NCBI GenBank assembly: GCA_965232405.1 | Contig: OZ246966.1 | Span: 1,417,731-1,481,730 of the forward strand | DNA from: Rhizobiaceae bacterium | Lineage (GTDB): Bacteria > Pseudomonadota > Alphaproteobacteria > Rhizobiales > Rhizobiaceae | Length of the DNA stretch: 64,000 bases | Direction of reading: 5' to 3' | In this document: one piece after another, positions 1 to 10,233 of the stretch | Layout of the letters: every line of letters starts with the position of its first letter | How positions within the stretch are numbered: position 1 is the first letter of the stretch | Notes under the pieces: model-generated | The model's input: only the letters and a program-made list of their open reading frames with translations | What the model was told of the DNA's origin: nothing | Database searches by the model: none | Translations under genes and position numbers: made by a program

Positions 1-437
1 AAGCCGATCGCGCCGGCAATCAGCGCGCCGGGAAGCGCGATCAGCGGCGCTCCAAGGACAAAGGCCACAATCGTGACAACGACGCCGACGATTGCGGAAT
101 ACACATAAAACCGCTCGATGGTTACGTTCAGACCGGCCTGGCGAAGTTGCATGCGCAATGGCGGCTTCTTGATGTTGCGGTCGCGGGCCTTCTGCCGCTC
201 GTCGAGATCCTTGAGCGAATCCTGCACCGATTTGCGCCGCTTTGCGGCCTCGGCCAACCGGTCTCGCGACGCCTTGACGACAGCCCTGTCGGTTTCGGCG
301 TTCTTCACGGTATCGAGGCGGCGCGCAGCCTTCGTCTCGTTGGTGATCGTCGTGAACATCAACGCGTAGGCAACCGCGCCTGCGCTGGTTGCAGCAAGCA
401 CGACGAAAATCAGTAACGTTGCGTCCAATCCGAACAT
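1..437 (-). CDS. tadB: TadB-like type II secretion system F family protein (5' part; runs off the window start)
   Basis: Manual translation from ATG 437: MFGLDATLLIFVVLAATSAGAVAYALMF...LRMQLRQAGL...; TM helix then TadB-like sequence, directly downstream of cpaF; not in ORF track because truncated. Confidence 0.85.
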   Translation of the reverse strand, partial: MFGLDATLLIFVVLAATSAGAVAYALMFTTITNETKAARRLDTVKNAETDRAVVKASRDRLAEAAKRRKSVQDSLKDLDERQKARDRNIKKPPLRMQLRQAGLNVTIERFYVYSAIVGVVVTIVAFVLGAPLIALPGALIAGAIG

Positions 438-459
438 CTTGCTCAGCACCCGCCCATTG

Positions 460-2004
460 TCATTGCGACTGCTTCTCCATCGCCTCGAGCGCCTGCGCGA
501 GACGATGTTCTTCATTGTAGTAGCGGGCGCGGTCCCAGAAGGCGGGGCGGCCAACGCCGGTCGAGACGTGCTTGCCCTGCAGCTTGCCGGAAGCGTCTTC
601 ACCCAAGATGTCGTACAGGACGAGGTCCTGGGTGATGATGACATCGCCTTCCATGCCGATCACCTCGGTGATGTGGGTGATGCGGCGGGAGCCGTCGCGC
701 AAGCGGGCAGCCTGGATGATGATGTCGATCGACCCGACAATGATCTCGCGCACGGTGCGCTGGGGCAGCGAGAAACCGCCCATCGCGATCATGGATTCGA
801 TACGGCTGAGGCATTCGCGAGGGCTGTTGGCGTGGATGGTGCCCATGGAGCCGTCATGGCCGGTGTTCATGGCCGACAGGAGGTCAAACACCTCCGGGCC
901 ACGCACCTCGCCGACGATGATGCGTTCAGGCCGCATGCGCAGGCAGTTCTTGACCAGGTCGCGCATTGTCACCTCGCCCTCACCTTCCAGATTGGGCGGA
1001 CGGGTCTCGAGGCGCACCACATGCGGCTGCTGGAGCTGCAGTTCGGCGGAGTCCTCGCAGGTGATGATGCGCTCGTCGCGGTCGACATAATGGGAAAGGC
1101 AATTCAGCAGTGTCGTCTTGCCGGAGCCGGTACCGCCGGAAATGACGACGTTGCAGCGGACCTTGCCGATGATCTTCAGCACTTCGGCGCCTTCCGGCGT
1201 GATGGCGCCGAAACGGACCAGCTGCTCCAGCGTCAGCTTGTCCTTCTTGAACTTGCGGATGGTCAGCGATGGCCCGTCAATCGCCAGCGGCGGCGCAATG
1301 ACGTTGACGCGCGAACCGTCGGGCAGGCGCGCGTCGCAGATCGGAGACGATTCATCGACGCGACGGCCAACCTGACTGACGATACGCTGGCAGATGTTCA
1401 GCAATTGCTGATTGTCGCGGAAACGCACATTGGTCTGCTCGGTGCGGCCTTCCACTTCGATGAAGACCTGCCGCGAACCATTGACCATGATGTCGGCGAT
1501 GTCGTCGCGCGCGAGCAGCGGCTCCAGCGGACCAAACCCCAGAACATCGTTACAGATGTCCTCGAGTATTTCCTCCTGCTCGGAGATCGACATTGCGAAA
1601 TTCTTGATCGCAATGATGTCGTTGACGATGTCGCGGATTTCCTCGCGCGCATTGTCCGGCTCGAGCTTTGCGAGCTGCGAAAGGTCGATCGTGTCGATCA
1701 GCGCGGAGAAGACCTGCGCCTTGATATCGTAGTAGTTCTCGCTCCGCTCACGAGCTGCCGGGCGTGCCGGCTTTTCCGGCGCCAGGGGCGGCGGTGCCTC
1801 GATCTTGCGTTCCACAGGCGGCTTCGGTGGGGCCTCGGTCTTCGGCTCAAGCGGCTTGTTTGGCTCCAGCGCTTCGGAACCTGGCGCCTTGATCGCCGAC
1901 ACGTCCTGTTCCGGCATCGGCTTGGGCACGTCAGCGGGCGGCGTCTCCGGCTTCGGAGCCGGGACGCTCACAGCGTTGTCGATGTTGCCTCTTTTACCGA
2001 ACAT
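460..2004 (-). CDS. cpaF: CpaF/TadA pilus assembly ATPase
   Basis: Walker [44 protein letters not shown]. Confidence 0.97.
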   Translation of the reverse strand: MFGKRGNIDNAVSVPAPKPETPPADVPKPMPEQDVSAIKAPGSEALEPNKPLEPKTEAPPKPPVERKIEAPPPLAPEKPARPAARERSENYYDIKAQVFSALIDTIDLSQLAKLEPDNAREEIRDIVNDIIAIKNFAMSISEQEEILEDICNDVLGFGPLEPLLARDDIADIMVNGSRQVFIEVEGRTEQTNVRFRDNQQLLNICQRIVSQVGRRVDESSPICDARLPDGSRVNVIAPPLAIDGPSLTIRKFKKDKLTLEQLVRFGAITPEGAEVLKIIGKVRCNVVISGGTGSGKTTLLNCLSHYVDRDERIITCEDSAELQLQQPHVVRLETRPPNLEGEGEVTMRDLVKNCLRMRPERIIVGEVRGPEVFDLLSAMNTGHDGSMGTIHANSPRECLSRIESMIAMGGFSLPQRTVREIIVGSIDIIIQAARLRDGSRRITHITEVIGMEGDVIITQDLVLYDILGEDASGKLQGKHVSTGVGRPAFWDRARYYNEEHRLAQALEAMEKQSQ

Positions 2005-2082
2005 GTCCGCAGCCGTGTCCTTTGACCGTGGTTTTCGGAGACCGGCGGCGCAACGGCGTCGCGCCCACCGGTTCCCTCAACT

Positions 2083-3357
2083 CTACTTGCGCTTTAGTTT
2101 TCCCAGAATCCCGCCAAGTCCCGGCTTCTTCTTCGCCTTGGGCTCGACACGTCCGGTGAGGATGTGAGCGAGTTCCTGGACCGACTGAACCACCGCGTGC
2201 TGGGCATCCATTTCACCAAGCATGCGCCCGTTATTGGCCGCGTTGCCAAACAGCTGCGGCTCGAACGGGATGACCGCCGTCGGCTCTATCTCAAGGGGCT
2301 CGGCGAAGTCGGACACCGAGATTTCCGGCCGCTTTGGAATACCGACCTGATTGATGATCAGCTTGGGGGGCGGATCGTTCGGCCGAAGTTTCTTCAGCGT
2401 ATCGATCATGTTCTTGGTGTTGCGCAGATTTGCCAGTTCCGGCGTCGCCGTGATGATCACATCGTCGGCGCGGGCCAGAACGTTTCTGCTCCAGCCCGAC
2501 CATAGATGCGGAACGTCGAGAACCAGAAGCGGAGCGCTGCGCTGTGCGATGTCGATGATCTGGGCGAACGCCTCTGCGTCGAAATCGTAGATGCGGTCGA
2601 GTGTCGACGGCGCGGCAAGCAGCGAGAGATGTTCCGCGCACTGCGCCAGCAACCGGTCGAGATAGACCTCGTCAATGCGTTCAGGCGCAAACACGGCTTC
2701 GGCGATGCCCTGCGCCGGGTCCTGGTCGAAATTGATGTTCGCGGTTCCGAAAGCGAGATCGAGGTCGGCGACCACCACTTCGGACTGGAACAGGGTCGAC
2801 ATGGCCCAGCCGACCTTGTGCGCAATGGTCGATGATCCCACACCGCCCTTGGCGCCGATGAAGGCCAAGGCCTTTCCGATCGGCTCTGCCTCGGGGTCGA
2901 CGAAAATCTGGGCGATGACCGACACGATGTCGGCCATTGAGATCGGCGCCACGACATATTCCGATACGCCAGAGCGGATCAGTTCGCGATAGAGCCACAC
3001 ATCGTTGTAGTGGCCAATGATGATGACCTTGGTATTGGGGTCGCACACCTCGGCGAGCTGACCAAGCGACTTGAGCAGCTCCTGCGGCTCCTGCCTCGAT
3101 TCCAGCACGATCAGGTTTGGCGTCGGAGCCGACTGGTAGAACTCGATCGCCGTGGCGATACCGCCCATATGCAGCTTCAGATGCGCCTTGACCATGCGCC
3201 GGTCTTCGCCGGCCCGCTCAATCGGACTGGCGACGCTTTCGGTCTCGCAGAACGCCTGGATTGAAATCCGCGGGATCGGCCGCAGATCGGCCATCGAGGC
3301 GCTGTCGCCGTCGATCTGGCTTTCTTCCGGCGATGTCTCGTACGCTAGGTTGCTCAT
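2083..3357 (-). CDS. cpaE: CpaE/TadZ pilus localisation protein (receiver-like + MinD/ParA-like domain)
   Basis: GAKGGVGSST deviant P-loop, DLDLAFGT, position in cpa operon. Confidence 0.93.
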   Translation of the reverse strand: MSNLAYETSPEESQIDGDSASMADLRPIPRISIQAFCETESVASPIERAGEDRRMVKAHLKLHMGGIATAIEFYQSAPTPNLIVLESRQEPQELLKSLGQLAEVCDPNTKVIIIGHYNDVWLYRELIRSGVSEYVVAPISMADIVSVIAQIFVDPEAEPIGKALAFIGAKGGVGSSTIAHKVGWAMSTLFQSEVVVADLDLAFGTANINFDQDPAQGIAEAVFAPERIDEVYLDRLLAQCAEHLSLLAAPSTLDRIYDFDAEAFAQIIDIAQRSAPLLVLDVPHLWSGWSRNVLARADDVIITATPELANLRNTKNMIDTLKKLRPNDPPPKLIINQVGIPKRPEISVSDFAEPLEIEPTAVIPFEPQLFGNAANNGRMLGEMDAQHAVVQSVQELAHILTGRVEPKAKKKPGLGGILGKLKRK

Positions 3358-3380
3358 GTTCGTATCACCCGATCTGCGGA

Positions 3381-4109
3381 TCAGTAATCAACTTCAGTGT
3401 TTTCGTTGAAGGTCTCGGTGATGCCGCGTGTCTTGTATTCGTCGATGGCGGCAGCCCGGTTCTCGGGATCGATTTCCTTCAGCTTGCGCGGGCCGAGGAT
3501 GTCCATCGGGTTATCAAGCTGGGCAGCCAGGTTCTGCTGATAGGCGCAACCGAAATTGGCGTAATGCTTGTTCTCGCCGGTGTTGAGAATGTCATCCGGC
3601 CAGCGGCCGCATGGCCCGGTGCCCGCAGTCATGCGCGCATAGACAATGCGCACCGGCGCTGAGGTTTGCGGATTGGCCACCTCGTAGTGACTGACGAGGA
3701 TCAGGCCGGAATGGATGCCTTCGGCACGGGCCAGATCGGCGATCTCTTCAGCGGCGAAGGATGCCGCACCCGCATTGCGGGATCCGGTCGGCACCAGAAT
3801 GCGCAACGCCGCGCCAGAATCCTTTTCGTAGCCAGACAGATGCCCGGCAATGACCTGCCGCTGCTCGCGGTTCAGGCGGTGCGTGGAGGCTCCCACGGGA
3901 ATATCCAGCACCTTGTCGCGTTCGGCTACCACGATCGGGTGATTGGTCCGGTAGTCATCCGGCACCGAGCCGACGGTGATGTGGTGGCGCTTCGCACAGC
4001 CTGACAGCAACGCAGCCGACAATGTGACGATGACGGCAGCCGTGACCGAAGGCCTGATGGCAGCGCGCCGTGGCAAACCCGCCTGAGACATTTTTGGACT
4101 CCCGATCAC
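3381..4109 (-). CDS. cpaD: CpaD pilus assembly lipoprotein
   Basis: Lipobox LLSGC, DYRTNHPI, NFGCAYQQNLAAQ; GTG start overlaps cpaC stop. Confidence 0.92.
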   Translation of the reverse strand: MIGSPKMSQAGLPRRAAIRPSVTAAVIVTLSAALLSGCAKRHHITVGSVPDDYRTNHPIVVAERDKVLDIPVGASTHRLNREQRQVIAGHLSGYEKDSGAALRILVPTGSRNAGAASFAAEEIADLARAEGIHSGLILVSHYEVANPQTSAPVRIVYARMTAGTGPCGRWPDDILNTGENKHYANFGCAYQQNLAAQLDNPMDILGPRKLKEIDPENRAAAIDEYKTRGITETFNENTEVDY

Positions 4110-5674
4110 TTGTAAATGAACCCGACGACGCCGTGATACCGGCCATTCGGCTTGTTGGTCTGTGCGGTTCCGTAGACCCGGTTGATGCGGCCGAGCAGCA
4201 TCGAGGCGCCGTCATCGGCAGGCGTGAAATTGTCGTCAGGCCGAGCCAGGTCGTTGCGTGCCACCGGCCGCACCATGTAGGGCGTCACGATGATGACGAG
4301 TTCGGTCTCGTTGCGGACAAAGTCGCGGCTGCGGAACAGGGCTCCGAGTACCGGAATTTTCGACAGTCCGGGCAGGCCGGACGAATGCTGGCGAATGTCG
4401 TCGCGAACCAGGCCGGCAATCATCATGGAGCCGCCCGAAGGCAATTCGACAGTCGTATCGGCCAGTCGGCGACGGATTGACAGCAGGTTGGTTGAGCCCC
4501 TGCGCCCGCCGGCGCCGAGCTGGACGGAACCTTCATTGGTCGGCTCCGAAACCGATGTGCGCACCTTCAGGCTGATACGGCCGGGCGACAGCACGACCGG
4601 CAGGAACTCGAGGCCGATGCCATATTCGAGGCGCTCGGTTTCGTAGGTAATGGTGCCTGAGTCTTCGTCAACGCTCTGACCCGTGATGAGATTGAATTCA
4701 CCACCGACGCGGAACGTGGCCTTTTCGCCCGACACGGCGGTCAGGGTCGGCTCCGCCAGCGTCTTCATGACGCCGGATTGCTCCATCGCGTTGAAATAGG
4801 CGTCGATCAGGCCCGACTGGAAACTTCCGCCCGACCCCGAGATTGACTTGCCAAGCCCGGCAATCGACTCGCCCACGACGCCCCAGCTGATGCCGTTGGA
4901 GGTGTTGTTGGCCAGCAGGTTGACCGAAAGCTGCTTCATCACGTTGCGGCTGACTTCAGCCACGGTGACTTTCAGCGTCACCTGGTCTTCGCCGATAACC
5001 TTGAGCAGGTTGACGATCTGCGAGCTGCGGCGTTCCTGGTCCGGGTTGTCGATATCGACGCCACCCGACGAGCTGCCACCGGCTGCGGTTTGCGAATATT
5101 GTCCGGTCGTCGCTTCACCGCCTGTCACGAAGACATTGGCGAGTTGGGCCGCGCGTGCCGCGTCGAGCGGCGTCTGCACGGTGCCGGACAGCACGACGTT
5201 GTCGTTCAGCAGTTCGACTTCGATGTCGGAATTGGGAATGAAACGCTTCAGATATTCCTGCAGGCCCGAAACGTCGCGCTCAACCGCGAGGTCGAGACTG
5301 ACAATCTGTTCGCCATTGGCGCCAAACACGAAGATGTTCGTCTCGCCAACCTGTTTGCCAAACATGTAGATGCGGCGCGCGGTACGCGTGACCGCGTCGG
5401 CGACTTCAGGATTGGCGACCAGGATGTCATAGGCATCGGCCGGCAAGTCTACGACGATCGACTTGTTGAGGCCGAGTTTCAGCCGCTGCGTGCTTGCCGA
5501 GGAAGAGGAGATGCGAACGCCCGAGCTCTGCGCCGATGCGGTCGAGACGACATCCGGAAAGGTGGTTCCCGTCATCAGCGCGATGGCGAACAGGGATGCC
5601 CCCGTCCAGCGTCCAAGCGCGGGGATGGTCAGCGATTTCGACATCCAGTGCCGCATATTCCTGTTCCCTGTCAT
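4106..5674 (-). CDS. cpaC: CpaC/RcpA secretin
   Basis: LAEPTLTAVSGEKATFRVGGE, GLPGLSKIPVLGALFRS, ETELVIIVTPY secretin motifs. Confidence 0.96.
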   Translation of the reverse strand: MTGNRNMRHWMSKSLTIPALGRWTGASLFAIALMTGTTFPDVVSTASAQSSGVRISSSSASTQRLKLGLNKSIVVDLPADAYDILVANPEVADAVTRTARRIYMFGKQVGETNIFVFGANGEQIVSLDLAVERDVSGLQEYLKRFIPNSDIEVELLNDNVVLSGTVQTPLDAARAAQLANVFVTGGEATTGQYSQTAAGGSSSGGVDIDNPDQERRSSQIVNLLKVIGEDQVTLKVTVAEVSRNVMKQLSVNLLANNTSNGISWGVVGESIAGLGKSISGSGGSFQSGLIDAYFNAMEQSGVMKTLAEPTLTAVSGEKATFRVGGEFNLITGQSVDEDSGTITYETERLEYGIGLEFLPVVLSPGRISLKVRTSVSEPTNEGSVQLGAGGRRGSTNLLSIRRRLADTTVELPSGGSMMIAGLVRDDIRQHSSGLPGLSKIPVLGALFRSRDFVRNETELVIIVTPYMVRPVARNDLARPDDNFTPADDGASMLLGRINRVYGTAQTNKPNGRYHGVVGFIYK

Positions 5675-6492
5675 TATCGGGCCCCCACTTCGCTTACTTC
5701 GCCGGAGCGGATCATGCGGACCGTGCCGCGGCGGCCATTGCCCGACACGAGGTATTCGCCGGAGCTTTCGACCGGATCCTGTGCGTCGGCGACTGCGCGC
5801 AGCGCGAGTGTGAGCCTGTCGGCCATCTGCTGGGCGACGGTGATGATTTCGGCCTGTTGCGGAGTCAGTTCGAGTGTCGCGGTGTCGCCAACGCGAACGC
5901 GGCGACCTTCCTCGTCTTCCTGAATCGCCTGGTCGATCGCCAGAACACGAATGTTCTTCAGGATCGTCTCGGTTACGAAGCCTTCGGCTGTCGAGCCGCC
6001 GGCCGACCCGGAACGGCGGGTCATGATGACGTCGACATAGTCATTCGGCAGAATGAAACCGCCGGCGGACGTGTCGGCCGCGATCTGAGTCGCCACCGCG
6101 CGCTTGCCGCTGGGCAGGATCGACGACATGAAGCTCTGACCCTCACCGATCAGCTTTGAACGGCGCAGCGGCTCACCGGCATAGAGCGGGACGCGCGCAA
6201 TCGCGCCGGTCAGTTCCTCCAGCGCGTTCGGATCGGTCTCCTTGGTGATGAATGCTTCGCTGATGGCGTCCGATGGCCATGACTGCCAGCTCAGCGCTTC
6301 GCCAACCACAGTGCCCATGCTCACGTCGGATTCCAGAATAAGAACCTCGGCGAGTTCGATGGCTGGCTTTTCTGGCGCCTTTTCCACGATGACCTGAGGC
6401 GGCGGCGGCGTCAGCATGTTCTTTGCGACATATCCCGCGCCTATCGCCGCGACGACCGCGACCCCCAGGATAATCAAGCGCGATGTGTTCAT
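5674..6492 (-). CDS. cpaB: CpaB/RcpC pilus assembly protein
   Basis: SAF domain, GKRAVA, AGGFILPNDYVDV, TATLELTPQQAE; TAATG coupling to cpaC; ATG 6492 preferred. Confidence 0.95.
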   Translation of the reverse strand: MNTSRLIILGVAVVAAIGAGYVAKNMLTPPPPQVIVEKAPEKPAIELAEVLILESDVSMGTVVGEALSWQSWPSDAISEAFITKETDPNALEELTGAIARVPLYAGEPLRRSKLIGEGQSFMSSILPSGKRAVATQIAADTSAGGFILPNDYVDVIMTRRSGSAGGSTAEGFVTETILKNIRVLAIDQAIQEDEEGRRVRVGDTATLELTPQQAEIITVAQQMADRLTLALRAVADAQDPVESSGEYLVSGNGRRGTVRMIRSGEVSEVGAR

Positions 6493-6552
6493 TTGTCCGG
6501 ACCTCATACTCGGCGGGAACCCTGCACCGAGCCGGACAATGGACGGCCAATC

Positions 6553-6568
6553 GTCAAATTACGGTTAA
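6553..6568 (-). promoter_or_regulatory. CtrA-like box upstream of cpaB
   Basis: Minus strand TTAA-ccgtaat-TTGAC vs consensus TTAA-N7-TTAAC. Confidence 0.6.
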
Positions 6569-6682
6569 TGGACCGCTTACAATCGTGCTTAATTTAAAGT
6601 TTATGAGAATGCCGCCGGAACGGGACGCAACGCGTCGACCGGGTTGCACGGTCGGCTCACATCATTGCTACCGGTAGGGCCT

Positions 6683-7204
6683 TCAGCCTGCGGCGATGCG
6701 TTCCAGCGCCCAGCGGACGAGCTCGGTCTGCGGATAGATCATCAGACCGGCTGCGCCGAGCGCGACGCCATAAGGAATGCCGGCCTTTTCGTCAGCAAAA
6801 TGGCGAAGGAACATATTGTTCGATGAAAACGCGGCCGCCGGCGAATTGCGGAAGAAAATGATCGCAAGGGTCAGGAAGCCTCCAAGCATTGCGCCCAGCA
6901 CCAGATACTGCAGAAGCGTCATGCTGAAGCCCATCCAGACCGCGGTTGCGCTCAGAAGCTTGGCGTCACCGCCGCCCATGCCGCCAATGGCGAAAATGCC
7001 GAAGGTCACGGCCAGGACAATCCCGCCGGCGGCGAAATGCCAGCCATAGGTGGCCCAGTCCATGCCGGTCATCGGCGCCAGGATCGCGAAGGATGCGACC
7101 AGAATGATCGACACGCGGTTGGCAATGGTCATGGAGATCACGTCGGAAACCGCCGCGAACAGCATGCAGAACGGAAAGATGACGAAAATCGATGCGGCAA
7201 GCAT
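6683..7204 (-). CDS. cpaA: CpaA/TadV prepilin peptidase (A24)
   Basis: SD...MTIAN, GGMGGGDAKL, GIPYGVALGAAG. Confidence 0.95.
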   Translation of the reverse strand: MLAASIFVIFPFCMLFAAVSDVISMTIANRVSIILVASFAILAPMTGMDWATYGWHFAAGGIVLAVTFGIFAIGGMGGGDAKLLSATAVWMGFSMTLLQYLVLGAMLGGFLTLAIIFFRNSPAAAFSSNNMFLRHFADEKAGIPYGVALGAAGLMIYPQTELVRWALERIAAG

Positions 7205-7252
7205 GCGAAGGCTCCATGAGTTCAGTCGCGAGGCAAGCCTAATGGGCCAAGT

Positions 7253-7267
7253 TTAAACATTGGTTGA
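7253..7267. promoter_or_regulatory. CtrA-like box upstream of cpaA
   Basis: TTAA-acattgg-TTGA. Confidence 0.5.
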
Positions 7268-7294
7268 GTGCCGCGGATCCGGGCTGCTCAAATG

Positions 7295-7322
7295 AAAAGG
7301 CCGCCCCGAAGAGCGGCCGTTT
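7295..7322 (-). terminator. Rho-independent terminator after flp pilin
   Basis: GGCCGC/GCGGCC stem with A-run on plus strand (U-run on minus). Confidence 0.6.
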
Positions 7323-7356
7323 CAGATTTCGGCATGAGCCGACAGCTTCACGAGTA

Positions 7357-7533
7357 TTACTCGATGGTGCCGTCGAGCTTGGTCGCGATCGCCGAGAACT
7401 GGTTGCTCAGCGAGCCGCCCAGGGTCGTTGCACCAGCGGTGATCGCCAGAGCGATCAGAGCGGCAATCAGGCCGTATTCAATAGCCGTCGCACCGGACTC
7501 GTCCTTGGCGAAGCGAGCGAAAAGCTTGGACAT
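7357..7533 (-). CDS. pilA: Flp family type IVb pilin, 58 aa
   Basis: MSKLFARFAKDESG|ATAIEYGLIAALIALAITAGATTLGGSLSNQFSAIATKLDGTIE*; classic G|ATAIEY motif, GGAG SD upstream; below the ORF-track size cutoff. Confidence 0.97.
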   Translation of the reverse strand: MSKLFARFAKDESGATAIEYGLIAALIALAITAGATTLGGSLSNQFSAIATKLDGTIE

Positions 7534-7680
7534 TTGAGAGCTCCTTACTCCACGTTATGAACAGCACGTCCTTCGACGTCTTAGTGCGCCGATCGGATGA
7601 AGCGAACTTACGGGGAAGCTCTTTCAATGGGCTTAACAAACAGCCTTACCAAAACCTTTCTTGTTGCGACCGGCATCCGT

Positions 7681-7697
7681 GGTTAAGCGCGGCCTAA
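7681..7697 (-). promoter_or_regulatory. CtrA-like box upstream of pilin
   Basis: Minus strand TTAG-gccgcgc-TTAACC. Confidence 0.65.
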
Positions 7698-7742
7698 AAT
7701 ATCGACGCCGATCGTAACCACCTCGATTGAGGCGAATGCCGG

Positions 7743-8273
7743 TTATTCAACGATCGAGAATGGCAGCGAAATCACGCCCGCCTTGTCGCTGGCGATATCA
7801 CGGGTCGTGTATTCCACCACGTAGTCGCCGGGCGGTGCGCCATCCACAGTCAGGGTCAAGGTCAGCATGAATTCGCGGTTGCGCGCGCGGCTGGTGAGTT
7901 CCAGATGCTGGAAATTTTCCTGACCTCCAACGACATGCCCATCCGGCGTCTTGAGAAGCAGGTCGACGTCGAAACCGAATGTGTAGGTGCCGTCATCATT
8001 CTCGTGCCATGCGTAACCAACCGGCTCGGCATAAATGACGACCGGCTCGCCCGGCGCAAATTCGTTGTGTGCTCTCTCTATATATATACCGAAGCCTTCG
8101 GGCGGCGTATCGGCGATGATTGCAGTGCGGAATGCCAGCGGGGCCTGTTCCCAGGCTTGCACGACTGCATCCTCGGCTGCCTCGATGGCTTCGATACTCT
8201 GTGCCATCGCCTTGTTCGAAATCGCCATGATCGCTGAAATCGCCATGAATGATACGAGCGCTTGTCTCACCAT
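7743..8273 (-). CDS. Secreted hypothetical protein (~176 aa)
   Basis: Signal peptide ending AMA|QS, beta-rich body; start ATG 8273 is a judgement call. Confidence 0.75.
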   Translation of the reverse strand: MVRQALVSFMAISAIMAISNKAMAQSIEAIEAAEDAVVQAWEQAPLAFRTAIIADTPPEGFGIYIERAHNEFAPGEPVVIYAEPVGYAWHENDDGTYTFGFDVDLLLKTPDGHVVGGQENFQHLELTSRARNREFMLTLTLTVDGAPPGDYVVEYTTRDIASDKAGVISLPFSIVE

Positions 8274-8346
8274 ATCGGCGTCCCCCGGTATCAAATTCAG
8301 TAGAATTGAACGATAGCCCAACGCGACAACTACCGGAAGCGCCTAC

Positions 8347-8362
8347 TTAACGCTTGGTTCAC
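8347..8362 (+). promoter_or_regulatory. CtrA-like box
   Basis: TTAA-cgcttgg-TTCAC upstream of pilus accessory gene. Confidence 0.65.
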
Positions 8363-8407
8363 CAATCTCGTTCATGGTTCGGGAAGGTTCTGGTTCCGGA
8401 GGACGCC

Positions 8408-8848
8408 ATGGTGCGTTTCACTCGCAAATTTTCCGCGCGTATGTGTATTGCCACGTCAATCGCAGCCGCTTCGATCGTCGTTGGCGCACAGGCTCTGGCC
8501 GCGTCGGGCATCGAGGTGGTGATGAACCAGGCCAAGATCGTCAAGCTGGCGCGCCCCGCCGACACGATCGTGATCGGAAACCCCGATATCGCCGATGCCT
8601 CGGTGCAGGATGCCATGACCATTGTGCTCACCGGCAAGGGTTTTGGCGTCACCAACCTGGTGGTGCTCGATTCCGACGGCGCACCGATCGTGGACGAGCA
8701 GATATTCGTCTCCCGCAGCGCGGCCAGATCGGTCCGCGTGTATCGCCGGGCCAGCGTTCAGACACTCTCCTGCACGCCATATTGCGAAGGCGCATACAAG
8801 AGCGCTGCCGAACAGGCCTCCGACATCGAGATGAGCGCCGGCCAGTAA
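8408..8848 (+). CDS. Pilus assembly protein, secretin N-terminal-like domain
   Basis: Signal peptide; VVMNQAKIVKL...IVIGNPDIADA...GKGFGVTNLVVLD; C-terminal SCTPYC. Confidence 0.88.
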   Translation: MVRFTRKFSARMCIATSIAAASIVVGAQALAASGIEVVMNQAKIVKLARPADTIVIGNPDIADASVQDAMTIVLTGKGFGVTNLVVLDSDGAPIVDEQIFVSRSAARSVRVYRRASVQTLSCTPYCEGAYKSAAEQASDIEMSAGQ

Positions 8849-8868
8849 TCTCCAGCGCGGCCACGGGC

Positions 8869-8886
8869 GGTTAACTGTCCGTGAAC
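8869..8886. promoter_or_regulatory. CtrA-like box upstream of tadE
   Basis: GGTTAA-ctgtccg-TGAAC (minus strand TTCA-N7-TTAACC). Confidence 0.65.
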
Positions 8887-8993
8887 GACATCCAATGCAT
8901 TCTTGTCGCCTGAAAAACCGGACCGAAACCCGTTCGCGCTAATTTGTGCGCGCAATAGGCAGACGTCCGGCTGGGGTGGACCTGGGGCAAGAC

Positions 8994-9563
8994 ATGCAAG
9001 ACGGTCAGACACATAAATCCGTGCAGAAGAAGCGCTTGTCGCTGTTCGGCCGTTTCGGCCGTGACCGCGATGGCGCGGCGGCGATCGAGTTCGCAGCACT
9101 TGCGATACCGTTTGCACTGCTGGTCTTTGCCATTCTGGAAAGTTGCATCTCGTTTGCGGCCCAGCAGGTGCTGGCCAACGCGACCGACGACATCGCACGC
9201 CAACTGCGTACCGGCCAGGTCAAGGCCGCAGACGTGACGGAGACCTCGCTCAAGGAAATGGTCTGCGAACGCATCGACATCATCGTGTCGAGCAGTTGCC
9301 CGGGCCTTGAAGTCGATCTGCGCGAGTTCGACACCTTTGCCGAAGCCGCCGCCGTCAAGATTACCATCGGTTCGGACGGCGATATCGACACCTCCGATTT
9401 CGACGTCGACCCCGGCCCCTCAATGACCAAGAACATGCTTCGCGTGTTCTATCGCTGGCCGGTGATGACCGACTTCATGCGCAAGTCGATGTCGAACCTC
9501 AAGGACAACAAGACGCTGCATTTCGCTACGGCGACCTGGCAGAACGAGCCCTTCGATGACTGA
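8994..9563 (+). CDS. TadE/TadG family pseudopilin
   Basis: DG|AAAIEFAALAIPF motif, RQLRTGQ, QNEPF C-terminus. Confidence 0.92.
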   Translation: MQDGQTHKSVQKKRLSLFGRFGRDRDGAAAIEFAALAIPFALLVFAILESCISFAAQQVLANATDDIARQLRTGQVKAADVTETSLKEMVCERIDIIVSSSCPGLEVDLREFDTFAEAAAVKITIGSDGDIDTSDFDVDPGPSMTKNMLRVFYRWPVMTDFMRKSMSNLKDNKTLHFATATWQNEPFDD

Positions 9564-10224
9564 GCGGGTGGTGCGAAAGATGGCGACCGGACCAGGGGCA
9601 ACAACCTTGCTTGACAGAACACGAGGAGCCGCGGGCCGCATTGGTCGCGTCGCCAGGTGCTTCGCCAGTGCACGTTCGGGCGTTGCTGCGGTGGAGTTCG
9701 CCTTCATCGCGCCGGTGCTGCTGTCGCTCTATTTTGTCACCATGGAAGTCTCGCAGGCGATCGAGGTGAACAAGAAGGTCGGCCGCGTCGGTTCCATGGT
9801 CGCCGACCTGCTTACTCAGCAGCAGTCGATCACCAAATCGGAAGTCAACGCCATCCTCGAGATCGGCGAGTCCATCCTGCAGCCATACAACCGGTCTTCC
9901 GGCAAGATCACCGTCACCGCCATCCAGATCAGCGACGACGACAGCCCGGATGTCGAGGTCGTGTGGTCGCGCAAGCTGGAAAACGGCTCCACCGCACAGG
10001 CAGCGTCACCGGGAAGCTCGACGACCGTTCCCGAAAAGCTCAAGATCCGCGACACGTTCCTGATCCGCGTCGAGAGTGAGCTGTCCTATCAGCCGGTAAT
10101 CACCTGGTCGGCCGACCAGAAGAAGGTGCTGGGTCTATCGGCGGCTTTTGACGGGATTTCGATGAAAGAGCGCTATTACCTGCGCCCGCGCATGAGCGAG
10201 ACCGTTCCCTGCAGCGACTGCTGA
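9556..10224 (+). CDS. TadE/TadG family pseudopilin
   Basis: SG|VAAVEFAFIAP motif, YLRPR; overlaps previous gene. Confidence 0.92.
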   Translation: MTERVVRKMATGPGATTLLDRTRGAAGRIGRVARCFASARSGVAAVEFAFIAPVLLSLYFVTMEVSQAIEVNKKVGRVGSMVADLLTQQQSITKSEVNAILEIGESILQPYNRSSGKITVTAIQISDDDSPDVEVVWSRKLENGSTAQAASPGSSTTVPEKLKIRDTFLIRVESELSYQPVITWSADQKKVLGLSAAFDGISMKERYYLRPRMSETVPCSDC

Positions 10225-10233
10225 CCCCGGTCG

